The notes beneath the pieces were generated by a model that saw only the letters and a program-made list of their open reading frames with translations, was not told the DNA's origin and made no database searches. A DNA stretch of 64,000 nucleotides from Ostreococcus lucimarinus (taxonomy: Eukaryota): NCBI GenBank assembly GCA_000092065.1, contig CP000592.1. The stretch is one strand, 5' to 3'. The stretch's first letter is position 1; each line of letters begins with the position of its first letter. Positions 1-9,650 of the stretch are shown piece after piece. The position numbers and the translations under genes are program-made.

Positions 1-1103
1 ACTGCGACTGCACCCGCTGGTTCGAGGATCGAACGAGTGTCACCGAATACGTCTTTGATCGCGGAAGCGATTTGATCCGTTTTCACGGTGATGATACCGT
101 CAATCATGGTTTGAATAATCTCAAAGCAATCGCGCCCTGGCTCACGAACTGCGACGCCGTCGGCAAAGCCGTCCACTTTCGACAACTTCACAATCTCACC
201 GCGAGCCAAAGATAAAGTCATCGCGTTTGCGCCCGCTGGTTCAACACCAATCACGCGAATTTCGGGTCGAATAGCCTTGATGTACGCCACCATGCCCGCC
301 GCGAGCCCGCCGCCGCCGATGGGCACAAAGATGATTTCCGCCGAGGGCAACTGACGCATAACCTCTACGCCCACGGTGCCCTGACCCGCTATGACGTAAG
401 GATCATCAAACGGGGGAATATATGTCAGGCCTTCCGCCGCGGCGCGCTCTTTCGCGTACGCCTGGGTGGCGTCGTAGTTTTCCCCGACCAATTCCACCGT
501 CCCACCGAGTCGACGAACCGCCTCCACTTTGATGGCGGGCGTCGTCACCGGCATGGCGATGATCGCCTTACAGTTCAGCTTTTGCCCTGAAAGCGCCACC
601 CCCTGCGCGTGGTTCCCCGCACTGGACGTAATGACCCCTCTCGCTCGCTCTTCTTCCGTCAATTGCTTCATCTTATTGTACGCCCCTCGAATCTTAAACG
701 AAAACACCGGCTGCAAGTCTTCTCGTTTGAGATAAATTTGCGCCCCGACCCGATCGCTCAATCGCGGGGCGAGCTCAAGCGGGGACTCGATCGCGACATC
801 GTACACATCAGCGGTCAAAATCGCTCGCACGTACCACGCCTCTCGCGCCACGTCCGAATCTTTTGCCTCTGGCCGCATCACCGGCCCGATTTCCCCGTCG
901 AGCAAAATCAAATCCTCTGGATCGACGAGCGGTAACTCCCCCACGAACGGGGCGGGGCGCACCAGCGGCGCGAACACATTCGTGCGCGTGCGTCTGGCGC
1001 GTTCATTTGTCGTCGTTCGACTCGACGTCGACGGGCGACGCGAACATCTTCGAGCCGTGAGCCCTGGCGCTGGGACGGCGGCGGCGAAGCCTCGCGCGAG
1101 CAT
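1..1103 (-). CDS. Threonine dehydratase (biosynthetic, PLP-dependent), 5' part; the 3' end lies beyond the window start. ATG at 1103-1101 with an in-frame TAA just upstream.
   Basis: The minus-strand translation gives MLARGFAAAVPAPGLTARR... (transit-peptide-like) followed by the catalytic core: SPLELAPRLSDRVGAQIYLKREDLQPVFSFKIRGAYNKM, SSAGNHAQGVALSGQKLNCKAIIAMP, IIFVPIGGGGLAAGMVAYIKAIRPEIRVIGVEPAGANAM. These are the PLP-lysine motif and the glycine-rich loop of IlvA/OMR1-type threonine deaminases. The ORF is open to position 1 and is absent from the ORF track because it has no stop inside the window. Confidence 0.8.
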   Translation of the reverse strand, partial: MLARGFAAAVPAPGLTARRCSRRPSTSSRTTTNERARRTRTNVFAPLVRPAPFVGELPLVDPEDLILLDGEIGPVMRPEAKDSDVAREAWYVRAILTADVYDVAIESPLELAPRLSDRVGAQIYLKREDLQPVFSFKIRGAYNKMKQLTEEERARGVITSSAGNHAQGVALSGQKLNCKAIIAMPVTTPAIKVEAVRRLGGTVELVGENYDATQAYAKERAAAEGLTYIPPFDDPYVIAGQGTVGVEVMRQLPSAEIIFVPIGGGGLAAGMVAYIKAIRPEIRVIGVEPAGANAMTLSLARGEIVKLSKVDGFADGVAVREPGRDCFEIIQTMIDGIITVKTDQIASAIKDVFGDTRSILEPAGAVA

Positions 1104-1394
1104 CGTCGTGCGCGAAGCGACGCGTGCGGTGGAACGAGATCGTTCGCGTTAGATGCGTGCGACCTCGTCGAGCGGTCACGCGCGGTTTGACGCGCGCGCG
1201 TATGTGACGAAAGACTGATTTTCCACGAGGAGGATTCGAGGAGGATTCGTCGTTTGGAGCGCGTCGGCGCGAACGCGTTTGAGGTTCTAATTTCGACTAA
1301 CATCGCTCTATCGTTTTCATCGTTCGCGTGCGCTAATTCTATTTTTACGTTTTTGACGTTTCGTTCGTCGGTGGGCGTTGGTCGCGCGTCGGAA

Positions 1395-2414
1395 TCACTG
1401 CGTCGGGGCGCCGTGGATGTTGTTTGATCCTATGCGATATTTGACGGGCTTGGCGGAGACGCCGTACACGATGGAGGCGCTGTGCCAACCAGTGCCTGGA
1501 ATCTTGGATAACCGTATCCGACGGTGCGGCACGGCCGTCCAACGCGTCCCGAGAGCGGGCTTCAAGTTACTCCCGTGATCGTCCGCGAGTGAATCTTGAC
1601 CGGCGCTCACCGTGTGGTTGGTGTAGAGCGCCGCCGTCTTTCGCGTCGTCGCCAGGCCGCGAAGCATGGCGGCCACCGTGGCCATGATGGTGTACCCTTG
1701 ATGATGCGCCTTCGTCAGCAAGGGTGACAGCAACGCGGAAAGCGAATCTATCACGAGTAATCCCATGGTGGCGCGCTCCGGATTGTTATCGTCCTCGCTC
1801 GCCTCTTCGCCGAGTTGCGACAGTAAAGTTAACAACGAAAACACGTCGTGACACTTGTGAACGGCGATCAAATTCAGCGTCTTGTCCAAGTGCTCCTCCA
1901 CCACCGCCTTTTCCGCGTCCTCGGCGAAGAACCCACGATGTAACTGCTTGATTCGGGTCGCCGAAAACCCGCCGGTGGTGTCCACGTACACGACTCGATT
2001 ATCGAGCGCCGCGAAACTCGCCGCCGCGCTCAGACACAACTGCGTCTTCCCGCTCGCGCTCGGCCCCGTGATCTCGATCAACTGCCCTTGTCGTAATCCC
2101 CCCCCCAACAGCTCATCGATCGCGTCGCATCCCGTGGGTAAGATCTCCAACAAGCTCAACTGTCGCTCGACGTCCGAGCCGTTCACCGCGTTCGCGCACG
2201 TCTCGTTATAAATCTCCTCCACGATCGCCCGTCGTCGCGCCTCCGCCCCGCCGCGCCCCATCGACCGTCGTCGCGCTCCCCCACCGCCCGTCCCGTCCCC
2301 GTCGCGCCCGTTTCCGTCGTCGTCGCCGCACAGCGCGTCCGCGAGCGCGCGATTTTTCGCCAGCGCCCGTCGCGCGCGCGCCGTCTCGCGCGCCCTCGCG
2401 TCGTCCGCCTCCAT
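1395..2414 (-). CDS. RAD51 paralogue (XRCC3/RAD51D-like recombination-repair ATPase)
   Basis: 339-aa ORF with a true ATG at 2414. It carries the Walker A motif ELLGGGLRQGQLIEITGPSASGKTQLCL, followed by YVDTTGGFS and LLVIDSLSALLSP (Walker B region), which is typical of RAD51 paralogues. Confidence 0.65.
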   Translation of the reverse strand: MEADDARARETARARRALAKNRALADALCGDDDGNGRDGDGTGGGGARRRSMGRGGAEARRRAIVEEIYNETCANAVNGSDVERQLSLLEILPTGCDAIDELLGGGLRQGQLIEITGPSASGKTQLCLSAAASFAALDNRVVYVDTTGGFSATRIKQLHRGFFAEDAEKAVVEEHLDKTLNLIAVHKCHDVFSLLTLLSQLGEEASEDDNNPERATMGLLVIDSLSALLSPLLTKAHHQGYTIMATVAAMLRGLATTRKTAALYTNHTVSAGQDSLADDHGSNLKPALGTRWTAVPHRRIRLSKIPGTGWHSASIVYGVSAKPVKYRIGSNNIHGAPTQ

Positions 2415-2727
2415 CCGTCGAGGCGCGCGCGCGCGTCACCGATCGTCGCCGATCGCGCGACCGCCGGCGCGGCGCGCGCGCGTCGCGCGGTGCCGCGGTC
2501 GCGCGGTCGACGCGACGTCGCGTCGACGCGCCTCGGACGTTCGCACTGTTTACCCATACACAAACCAGTACTCTTGAGTCATGAACCGTCAATAAAAGGG
2601 ACTCCCGGCGGCGCCGATCGATCGACCGCCGACGACGACGCGACGCGACCGACGGCGACACATCGCGACGCGCGCTCGAACGCGCGAACCGCTCGAACGC
2701 CGCGACCGACGGCCCGCGAACGCGCCG

Positions 2728-3948
2728 ATGCCGCTCGTCGAGCGCGCGAGCGACGGCGGCGCGTCGCCGGCGCTCGTCGCGGCGTGCGAGACGCTCGGGG
2801 TTTTGATCCACGGCGAGACGGAGCGACGCGCGACGGAGCGCGCGGACGAGGACGACGCGAGCGAGGCGCGGGAGACGGCGAAGGAGGGCGCGAGCGACGT
2901 CGAGGATGGAGAGGCGGAGAAGTTCGCGAGGGCGCTGAGCGCGAAACCGCGAGGGGAGGTTTTGGAGGCGCTGACGGGACACGCGGAGACGCTGTTCGGC
3001 GACGGGGGGGATAAGGAGGTGAGCGGCGTCGTGGCGGTGATGGCGAATCTGGCGGGAGACGATGGGGGGGCGATGAAACGCGTGATGGAGTGCGTGACGG
3101 CGAGCGTGAGCGAACGAGTGAGTCTGCGGGTGCGGTGCGCGATTGCGTTGTACAACGACGCCGACGCGAAGGATGGGGAGACAAAGCTTGAATTGTTTGA
3201 AAAGATTGCGGCGTATTGCGTCGCGGCGAAACAAAAGCAAGTGTTACCCATGCTCGTCGCGCACGCGAGCGAGGCCAAGGCGTGGGGCGGCGAGGTCAAG
3301 ACGCAGCGCAGAGTGTTGAAGTTGTGCGTCGATTTGCTCCGAGAGTTGGAGGGTCGCGAGGAGGAGTTGTTCTCGTGCATGATCAAGTATTTAGCGACGT
3401 TTGAAAACGACAGTGGAGCCGTCGCGGAGGCGGCGGATATCGCCAAGGAAACCGCGCGCATATTCATCAGCTCGCCGACGATGTTCCACGGGGATTTCTT
3501 AGCGCTCAAGGGGATGCAACATTTGCAATCCGCCGACGCCAACGCGCTCAAGCTCTTGTCCACCATGCTCACGGGCTCCGTGGCCGACTACAACGCCTTG
3601 GTCAAGGCGAACGGGTCGATCGTCTCCGGTCTCGGCTTAGACGCCGATGACTGCGTGGCAAAGATGCGCATGATGGCGCTGGCGGCGCTCGGTAAGAAGG
3701 GCGACGCGTCGTACTCTGAAATCAAGGAGGCGATGCAGTGCGACGACGGTGAGGTTGAGGAATGGGTCGTGCGCGCAGTTGGCGCGGGTGTGGTCGACGC
3801 GAAGATGGATCAAATGAAGCAACGCGTTGTTTTCACTAGATGCACCGACCGCGTATTCACTGGTGCCGAGTGGCAAGAGTTGAGCTCGCGCATAACGCAG
3901 TGGCGAGGCAAGATCGCCGCGCTTCAAAAGACGTTGTCGGCAAACTAA
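2728..3948 (+). CDS. EIF3M: Translation initiation factor eIF3 subunit M (PCI domain)
   Basis: 406-aa ORF with ATG at 2728. The C-terminal PCI domain reads EWVVRAVGAGVVDAKMDQMKQRVVFTRCTDRVFTGAEWQELSSRITQWRGKIAAL, which aligns with the eIF3m C-terminus (..IDQ.NQRV.V...THRTFGKQQWQQL...WK.NL). Confidence 0.65.
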   Translation: MPLVERASDGGASPALVAACETLGVLIHGETERRATERADEDDASEARETAKEGASDVEDGEAEKFARALSAKPRGEVLEALTGHAETLFGDGGDKEVSGVVAVMANLAGDDGGAMKRVMECVTASVSERVSLRVRCAIALYNDADAKDGETKLELFEKIAAYCVAAKQKQVLPMLVAHASEAKAWGGEVKTQRRVLKLCVDLLRELEGREEELFSCMIKYLATFENDSGAVAEAADIAKETARIFISSPTMFHGDFLALKGMQHLQSADANALKLLSTMLTGSVADYNALVKANGSIVSGLGLDADDCVAKMRMMALAALGKKGDASYSEIKEAMQCDDGEVEEWVVRAVGAGVVDAKMDQMKQRVVFTRCTDRVFTGAEWQELSSRITQWRGKIAALQKTLSAN

Positions 3949-4013
3949 CTCTCTAGTCGATTGAATGTTCATCAATACAACGAACCTATCTATAAACTAC
4001 AACTTTGAATGCA

Positions 4014-5696
4014 CTATTCCCACAGCAGACACACGCCATTTTTGCACGCCGACGCGAGCACGCCCGCCGCGTTCCACGCGCACGTCGCGACGACGGCGTC
4101 GTGACCGTGCAACGTCGTCATCAAGCGTCCGCCCTGTACACGCCAGATGAATAACGCCCCGTCTGCCCCGCCAGATGCGATATGTTGTCCATCCGGTGAC
4201 ACGCAAGGATTACTCCAATCAGTGCCGACGCGATATTTTGGCGCGGAGAACGTTTGCACGACGTCCATTGTTCGAATATCGACGAGTTTCAACGTGTTGT
4301 CGCGACTGTTTGTCAGAATTTCGTTTTGATTTGGCGTATCGAAGACGGCGGTGATTAAACCATTATGCACCTTCGTTTCGCGCGCTACGTTCCCCGCGCG
4401 AAGATCCCACGCGCGAATCGCGCCATCAAAGTGACCGGAATACGCTTGCTGTTCGTTTGCGTCGAAGACGACCGAGTACACGCCGCTTGAAGTCAACATG
4501 GATGACGTTACGTGTCCACGATTGAGATCCCAAAGCTTCACGTTCCGGTCCTGAGAGCACGAAATCGCGCGCTTAGCATCAATCTGGCTGATTCGCGCCG
4601 ACGTCACCTTTTGCGCGTGCCCAGTGAGTCGGTGCCGTACGCGACCGGTGAGCGCGTCCCAAAGCTGGAGCGAGCAATCGGTCGAGGTCCCGAGGACGAG
4701 CGAGTCGTCGGCGCTAAATGTAACATCTAATGCTGCACCGAGCAAACCAGTCAATTCGCTGGTTCGTGCGCCCGTATTCGTGTCGAACATAGCGATTACC
4801 TTGTCCTCTCCGGCGCTTGCTACGGTGAAACCATCGTGCGAGAGGGCGACACGGTGCGTCCCACCCTTGTTACTTTGTAAAATATGTCTCTTCTTCGAAG
4901 GCACGACGTTGCTCATGACGGTAGACATCGAAAGCGCCTTCATACTCGCCGCCGAGGCCTCAGCGAGACTCTCCGCCCTCGCATTCAATTCTACGCTCTT
5001 CTTTTGTCGCAACAAATCAGCGTACAAATCGTTAATTTCATTCATCTTCTCCGCCTCCTTCGTCTTCATCTCCATCAGTCGCTCCACAAGCTCTGCATTC
5101 TCCTTTTCTAACTTTTCTACCTTCCCCAACACCGCGTTCTTCATCGCCGATTGGGATTCTGCCTCGTCCAACGCCTGCGATTCTGCCCGCCGCGCCGCGC
5201 TCGAAGCCTCCTCCGCGTCCCTCACTCGTCGTTCCAATCGCTCTTTATCCGCCGTCAACGTCTCCACGACGCGTTCAGAGTCTAAACGCGCCATTTCCTC
5301 GCGAACCAGCGCCTCTTTCGCCTGAATCGCTTCTCGACTCGCTTCGTCGCGTCTTCCGTACGCCTCCGTCAGCTCGACGCGCGCCCGCGTCGCCGCATCG
5401 TCGCTGTCGTCGCCCTCTTCCCCCCCCCGCGCGCGCGCGAGCGCCAACTCGCGCTCGGCACGCATTGTTCGCGTCTCCGCCACCTCAAGCGCGCGCATCG
5501 CTTTACACAGCGCGTCGTCGCGGTCCATCACCGCGCTGCGCCAACGCTCCAGCTCGGCAAACAATTCATCAAACGTCGCCTCTGTCGGCGCTCTCGCGCG
5601 TCGATCGCGCTCGACGACCGCGTGACGAATGATCGTCGTCGCGTCCGCCGCCCCGCTGACGTCGAGCGCGCCGTCGGCGTCGGCGTCGTCCGCCAT
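4014..5696 (-). CDS. ATG16: Autophagy protein ATG16 (coiled coil plus 7 WD40 repeats). The start was moved to the internal ATG at 5696 (MADDADADG...).
   Basis: The C-terminal WD40 region aligns closely with ATG16L1: SGHFDGAIRAWDLRAGNVARE, NTLKLVDIRTMDVVQTFSAPKYRVGTDWSNPCVSPDGQHIASGGADGALFIWRV, ending in CLLWE. A long coiled coil lies upstream, and TFDELFAELERWRSA resembles the ATG5-binding N-terminus. The track ORF extends to 6239, but its first 181 codons are R/S/P-rich and overlap the plus-strand gene that starts at 5837. Confidence 0.7.
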   Translation of the reverse strand: MADDADADGALDVSGAADATTIIRHAVVERDRRARAPTEATFDELFAELERWRSAVMDRDDALCKAMRALEVAETRTMRAERELALARARGGEEGDDSDDAATRARVELTEAYGRRDEASREAIQAKEALVREEMARLDSERVVETLTADKERLERRVRDAEEASSAARRAESQALDEAESQSAMKNAVLGKVEKLEKENAELVERLMEMKTKEAEKMNEINDLYADLLRQKKSVELNARAESLAEASAASMKALSMSTVMSNVVPSKKRHILQSNKGGTHRVALSHDGFTVASAGEDKVIAMFDTNTGARTSELTGLLGAALDVTFSADDSLVLGTSTDCSLQLWDALTGRVRHRLTGHAQKVTSARISQIDAKRAISCSQDRNVKLWDLNRGHVTSSMLTSSGVYSVVFDANEQQAYSGHFDGAIRAWDLRAGNVARETKVHNGLITAVFDTPNQNEILTNSRDNTLKLVDIRTMDVVQTFSAPKYRVGTDWSNPCVSPDGQHIASGGADGALFIWRVQGGRLMTTLHGHDAVVATCAWNAAGVLASACKNGVCLLWE

Positions 5697-5836
5697 GACG
5701 CGTCGCGCACTGATGCCACCGGTCGCGTCACTCGTCGCCGCGTCGACTCGGACGACCTCCGACGCGCGCGCGTCGAGCGACGGGCGCGCGCGAGGCGCTC
5801 TCGGCGACGCTCGGGGCGCGCGCGCGCGTCGAGTCG

Positions 5837-6985
5837 ATGCGCGTCGTCGGCGCCGTTTCGTGTGCCCCAACGACCTCGAATCAGGACGACGACGACGACG
5901 ACGCACGCGCGGTGGCGTCGCTGCGCGCGCGCTTGCACGCCCCGCGACACGGCGAGACGTTGCGCGCGAAGTGTGTGCGTCTGCGCGACGCGGTTCGATC
6001 GCGGACGTGCTCGAGCTCGGAGATAAAGGGGAGACTCGCTCGCCGCGCCGAGACGAGCGCGCTGGCGGCGCTCGAGCGATGGGCGACGACGGCGCGAGCG
6101 ATCGAGGTTGATCTCGAACGAATCGTGCGAGGTGATGTCGATAAAAAATCGTTGAGCGCGATGGGAGAGGAAGTGACGCGAGCGTTACGAGATTTTGAGT
6201 GGTATTTGCGAGAACATGACGTGATGGAAGATTTGCCATTCGTCGTCGACGACGACTGCGAGACGCGCTCGAGCGATGAAACGACGATCGATTTGATGCG
6301 TAAGGTGCTCGAAAAAGACGTTAAAGACGATGATGCATCGATACTGGACACGATGTGCGATGAATTACGCGCGCGCGAGAGTGATTACGCGTGGCGAGGG
6401 GCGTTGTTAGGGGAGGTGGAAAACCAAGCTCGCGCGCGCGGATGGAGTTCGGAGAATTTCTCTTACGGATCGACGCCGTTCGCGTCGTGGGTCGCGGTAT
6501 TCGTGCAATGCGATGAATTGCGCGAACGCGCGAAAACGCTAGAGGAAGATGACTTAAAGTACGTCGTTTTCGGAAGCTCTGCTGGGTGGTTGGTGTTCTA
6601 TGCCGCGACGACGTTTCGCGGCGCGCGATGCGAAGGATTTGAAATTCTCGAGACTCTCCACGCAACTGCTTCGCACGTGTTGGAGGGCGCCGAAAAAAAA
6701 GCATGCAAAAAGTTCAATGTGAATTTTTGCAACGCTGACATGCTTTCGTCATCGCTGTGCGACGTCGGTATCATCGTTCTCACCTCCATGTGTTGGGACG
6801 ACGCCGTGTACGACGCCGTGCTCGAAAAACTCGCCGAAGAGCTCCGAGCGGGTGCGTTTGTGATCGATTACCGGGGAAATCTCGCGCAAAAAGACAAGTT
6901 TGCGCTCGTCTCAAAAGATTCCTTGCGCGCGCCGGTGAGTTGGAATCCAGGTCAGCGATTTTATGTCTTCAAAAAGGTGGCGTAA
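5837..6985 (+). CDS. Putative class I SAM-dependent methyltransferase-like protein
   Basis: 382-aa ORF with ATG at 5837. The C-terminal half has a Rossmann-type methyltransferase signature: YVVFGSSAGWLVFYAA (motif I-like), CDVGIIVLTSMCWDD, and AGAFVIDY. The N-terminal half is non-repetitive. The family was not identified. Confidence 0.4.
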   Translation: MRVVGAVSCAPTTSNQDDDDDDARAVASLRARLHAPRHGETLRAKCVRLRDAVRSRTCSSSEIKGRLARRAETSALAALERWATTARAIEVDLERIVRGDVDKKSLSAMGEEVTRALRDFEWYLREHDVMEDLPFVVDDDCETRSSDETTIDLMRKVLEKDVKDDDASILDTMCDELRARESDYAWRGALLGEVENQARARGWSSENFSYGSTPFASWVAVFVQCDELRERAKTLEEDDLKYVVFGSSAGWLVFYAATTFRGARCEGFEILETLHATASHVLEGAEKKACKKFNVNFCNADMLSSSLCDVGIIVLTSMCWDDAVYDAVLEKLAEELRAGAFVIDYRGNLAQKDKFALVSKDSLRAPVSWNPGQRFYVFKKVA

Positions 6986-7077
6986 ACGCCGCCTTTCGAG
7001 GCGCGCGGACAAGCGTTAACAAACAAGCGCCATCAACCCTGGCGCGCGCGCGCGCGTAGGGTTTGAGCTTTGGGTCC

Positions 7078-8151
7078 ATGCGGCCGCAGACCGCGGCGTC
7101 CATGCGCGATGGCGACGGTGTGGTGAGCGTGCGCGATGCGAAAGAACGCGTCACGATCATCATCACCACCTCTCCGTGTCGCGCGCATCCGAGCACGTGG
7201 CTGATCGAAGAAGTCGCCGCGAGCATCGCCGGGCGAAGCGGCCTCGCGACGGCGACGGGGACGCGACTGTTGGTCGTGTGCGATGGGTACAAAGTGCGAG
7301 AATCGAATAAATTCCGCGCCGGCGCCGTCAACGAGGAAGGGTTGAAGAATTATGAGACGTATCTGTCCAGATTAGTGTGGTTGAGCGAACAGAGCGACGG
7401 CGCGCTGCGCGGCGCGGAGTTGATTCGGTTAAAACAGCGCCACGGGTTCGGTCACGCTTTGAAGCGAGCGATGATGCGCGTGACGACGGAGTACGTGCTC
7501 GTGGCCCAGCACGACCGCTTATTTACACGCGTCGTTCCCATGAGTGCGGTCCTCGACGCAATGGACGCGGACCCACAGATCAACTACGTCGGCTTCCCTA
7601 CGAAGACGACTCAAAACTACGACGTCAAGTGCGTAGGGCGAGTATTCACGAGCGAATATGGACAGCTGCGAATGTCACGAAAGCAGTTTCGCGACGTCGA
7701 ACTCGTACCTTTGGTTCAACACTACGATTCCATGCACGTCGCGCGCACATCCTTCTACCTCGGTCGCGTGTTTGGACAGCGCCGTTGGACAAATTTGCCC
7801 GTCGGGGGCTTCATCGAGGACACCGTCGGCCAACACATGCTCGCCGAGTTTCGCAAAATAGGCGCCGACGCGCACTCCATCTTCAACATGTACATCGTCG
7901 AAGACGCCATCGACGACGAACCCATGGCTGGTCACCTCGACGGCCACGATCCCGCCCACGCCCACGAAGACGCCGGCGCCGAGTTTTCCTTTGCCCGCGC
8001 GCGCTCCGCCGAGCGCGACTGGTTCGAGCGCGCGCTCCGGCCTTCCTCGACCATCGAAACCCTCCTCGGCACCGGGCATTTCAGCGAGCGTAAAGCCTAC
8101 CTCACCGCCATCGGTCGCGCGGATTTACTCCCGATCCCACCCACCGCCTAG
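7078..8151 (+). CDS. Hypothetical protein (N-terminal motifs resemble a nucleotide-sugar transferase)
   Basis: The track ORF starts at a TTG at 7063. The first ATG is at 7078 and a TAG lies in frame upstream. Motifs include IIITTSPCRAHPSTWLIEEV and LLVVCDGYKV. The sequence is non-repetitive and the family is uncertain. Confidence 0.35.
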   Translation: MRPQTAASMRDGDGVVSVRDAKERVTIIITTSPCRAHPSTWLIEEVAASIAGRSGLATATGTRLLVVCDGYKVRESNKFRAGAVNEEGLKNYETYLSRLVWLSEQSDGALRGAELIRLKQRHGFGHALKRAMMRVTTEYVLVAQHDRLFTRVVPMSAVLDAMDADPQINYVGFPTKTTQNYDVKCVGRVFTSEYGQLRMSRKQFRDVELVPLVQHYDSMHVARTSFYLGRVFGQRRWTNLPVGGFIEDTVGQHMLAEFRKIGADAHSIFNMYIVEDAIDDEPMAGHLDGHDPAHAHEDAGAEFSFARARSAERDWFERALRPSSTIETLLGTGHFSERKAYLTAIGRADLLPIPPTA

Positions 8152-8290
8152 CTTCTAGCCATAGACTTCTACTTCTAGCCTCGCGAAGACGCGCGCAACA
8201 AAAAAACTTTGAACTTCGTTCGAGCTGTCTTCGCGTCGCGAGATCGCGTCGCGCGCGGCGCCGAACCGCGCCCGCGCGGCGTCCGACGCG

Positions 8291-9598
8291 ATGCAGCGAC
8301 GCGAGCGCGCGTTGTGGTCGTTAGAACACGCGCTGTCGAGCCCCGAAATCCCGCTCGACGTCAAGGTGGAGGTGAAAAACGCGTGCGCGGCGTCGCTCGA
8401 CGACGAGACGCTGGCGTCGTGCGATTCGCTCGTCGTGCGATTGTTTGACGTTTTATCCCGCGCGCGCGATGCGTTGATCGCCGGTGAGGGCGCGATGCGA
8501 GGAAACAGCGCGCGCGCGTGCGCGGACGCGCTGCACGCGGTGACGACGCGACGCGACGCGCCGGAAACGCTGAAAAGGAGAGGGAAAGACGTCGTCGAGG
8601 CGCTGCGCGGCGAGTGGTGCTTCGCGGCGGCGAGAGAGACGCGGAACGAGGGAGGGACGAGCCCGGTGCGAGGATGGAAAGCGATGGAGAATTTTTGGAT
8701 GCGGTGGCGAACGCTGACGATCGGTGACGGAGGGCTGGGCGATGGGAGCGCGTTGGGAACGAAGGCGAAGAGGACGTACGACATGGTCGAGCGCGCGGAG
8801 AGCGATATGCGGTTGCCGAGCGACTGGGAGAGTCGCGTGCCCACGGCGGAGGATATAGCGCAAGATTTACAAACGTTGTTCACAGATCTGTGCGAAAGCG
8901 GTGAATTGATGAGTTTCTTGAGCGTCGTGAGGAACGATATCTCGAGCGGGAGGTACAAGGTGCAGGTGAGAGGAGACGGGCGCGTGGCGCGGCAATCGGG
9001 CGCGATGACGGATTCGATTGGACTCGAGCCGCACCTCGAGGGATTGGGTCGAAAGCTCAGGGCGGAGGCGACGAGACACCGACAAGAACCGCCGTTAGGT
9101 GCTCTAACCGCCGTGCCGGAAAGCTTTTCCTCGCCGCCGAAGCGCGTACACATAGCGGCTCAACGAAAAAAGAACGCGCGAACCGTGGAGTGGGATTCGC
9201 AAAACGACCAACCAGACGACAACGACAAAGAAGAAGAAGACAAAGATGAACACGAAGATATCGCGCCCACACAGCAAACCCCTCGCGCAAAGCCATCACC
9301 ATTAACCAATTTATCTTGGGAAGAGGTCGGATACCGCACGCCACGCGCGAATCTACCCGCCATTTCGCCGGCGCCCAGGGCTGCGCTGAAATCGCCGTCG
9401 ACGCGCAAGAAGCTTCACGTGAAGGTGAAGTGGACGGACGCCGAAGTCACGTGTTTGCACCTCGGCGTGCAAAAGTACGGCATTGGGAATTGGGCGAAGA
9501 TTTTGAACGATCCGACGCTCACCAACGGCTTTCACACGTCTCGCACCGGCGTGCATTTGAAGGACAAGTGGCGCACGATACAACGACAAGCGCGTTGA
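8291..9598 (+). CDS. Telomere-repeat-binding-factor-like protein with a C-terminal telobox Myb domain
   Basis: 435-aa ORF with ATG at 8291. It ends with KKLHVKVKWTDAEVTCLHLGVQKYGIGNWAKILNDPTLTNGFHTSRTGVHLKDKWRTI, a single Myb/SANT domain with the telobox signature (..LKDKWR..), as in plant TRFL/TBP proteins. Confidence 0.6.
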   Translation: MQRRERALWSLEHALSSPEIPLDVKVEVKNACAASLDDETLASCDSLVVRLFDVLSRARDALIAGEGAMRGNSARACADALHAVTTRRDAPETLKRRGKDVVEALRGEWCFAAARETRNEGGTSPVRGWKAMENFWMRWRTLTIGDGGLGDGSALGTKAKRTYDMVERAESDMRLPSDWESRVPTAEDIAQDLQTLFTDLCESGELMSFLSVVRNDISSGRYKVQVRGDGRVARQSGAMTDSIGLEPHLEGLGRKLRAEATRHRQEPPLGALTAVPESFSSPPKRVHIAAQRKKNARTVEWDSQNDQPDDNDKEEEDKDEHEDIAPTQQTPRAKPSPLTNLSWEEVGYRTPRANLPAISPAPRAALKSPSTRKKLHVKVKWTDAEVTCLHLGVQKYGIGNWAKILNDPTLTNGFHTSRTGVHLKDKWRTIQRQAR

Positions 9599-9650
9599 CG
9601 CACAGATAGATTAGATTGTAAAACCATCGCACCACCGCAGATTTAAACGC

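Noticed and set aside
2206-3572. Three long minus-strand ORFs (2206..3240, 2579..3184, 2589..3572) with R/S/P/A-rich translations
   Set aside because: They are antisense to the eIF3m gene (2728..3948, +). Their composition is the low-complexity Arg/Ser/Pro/Ala type expected from the reverse strand of GC3-rich coding DNA, and they have no recognisable domains.
5697-6239. N-terminal 181 codons of the ATG16 track ORF (true ATG at 6239)
   Set aside because: The translation is R/S/P-rich and low-complexity, and it overlaps the plus-strand methyltransferase-like gene starting at 5837, whose N-terminus is non-repetitive. The ATG16 homology begins after the internal ATG at 5696.
8155-9153. 332-aa minus-strand ORF
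   Set aside because: It is antisense to the telobox Myb gene (8291..9598). It is Ser/Arg/Ala-rich with no domains.
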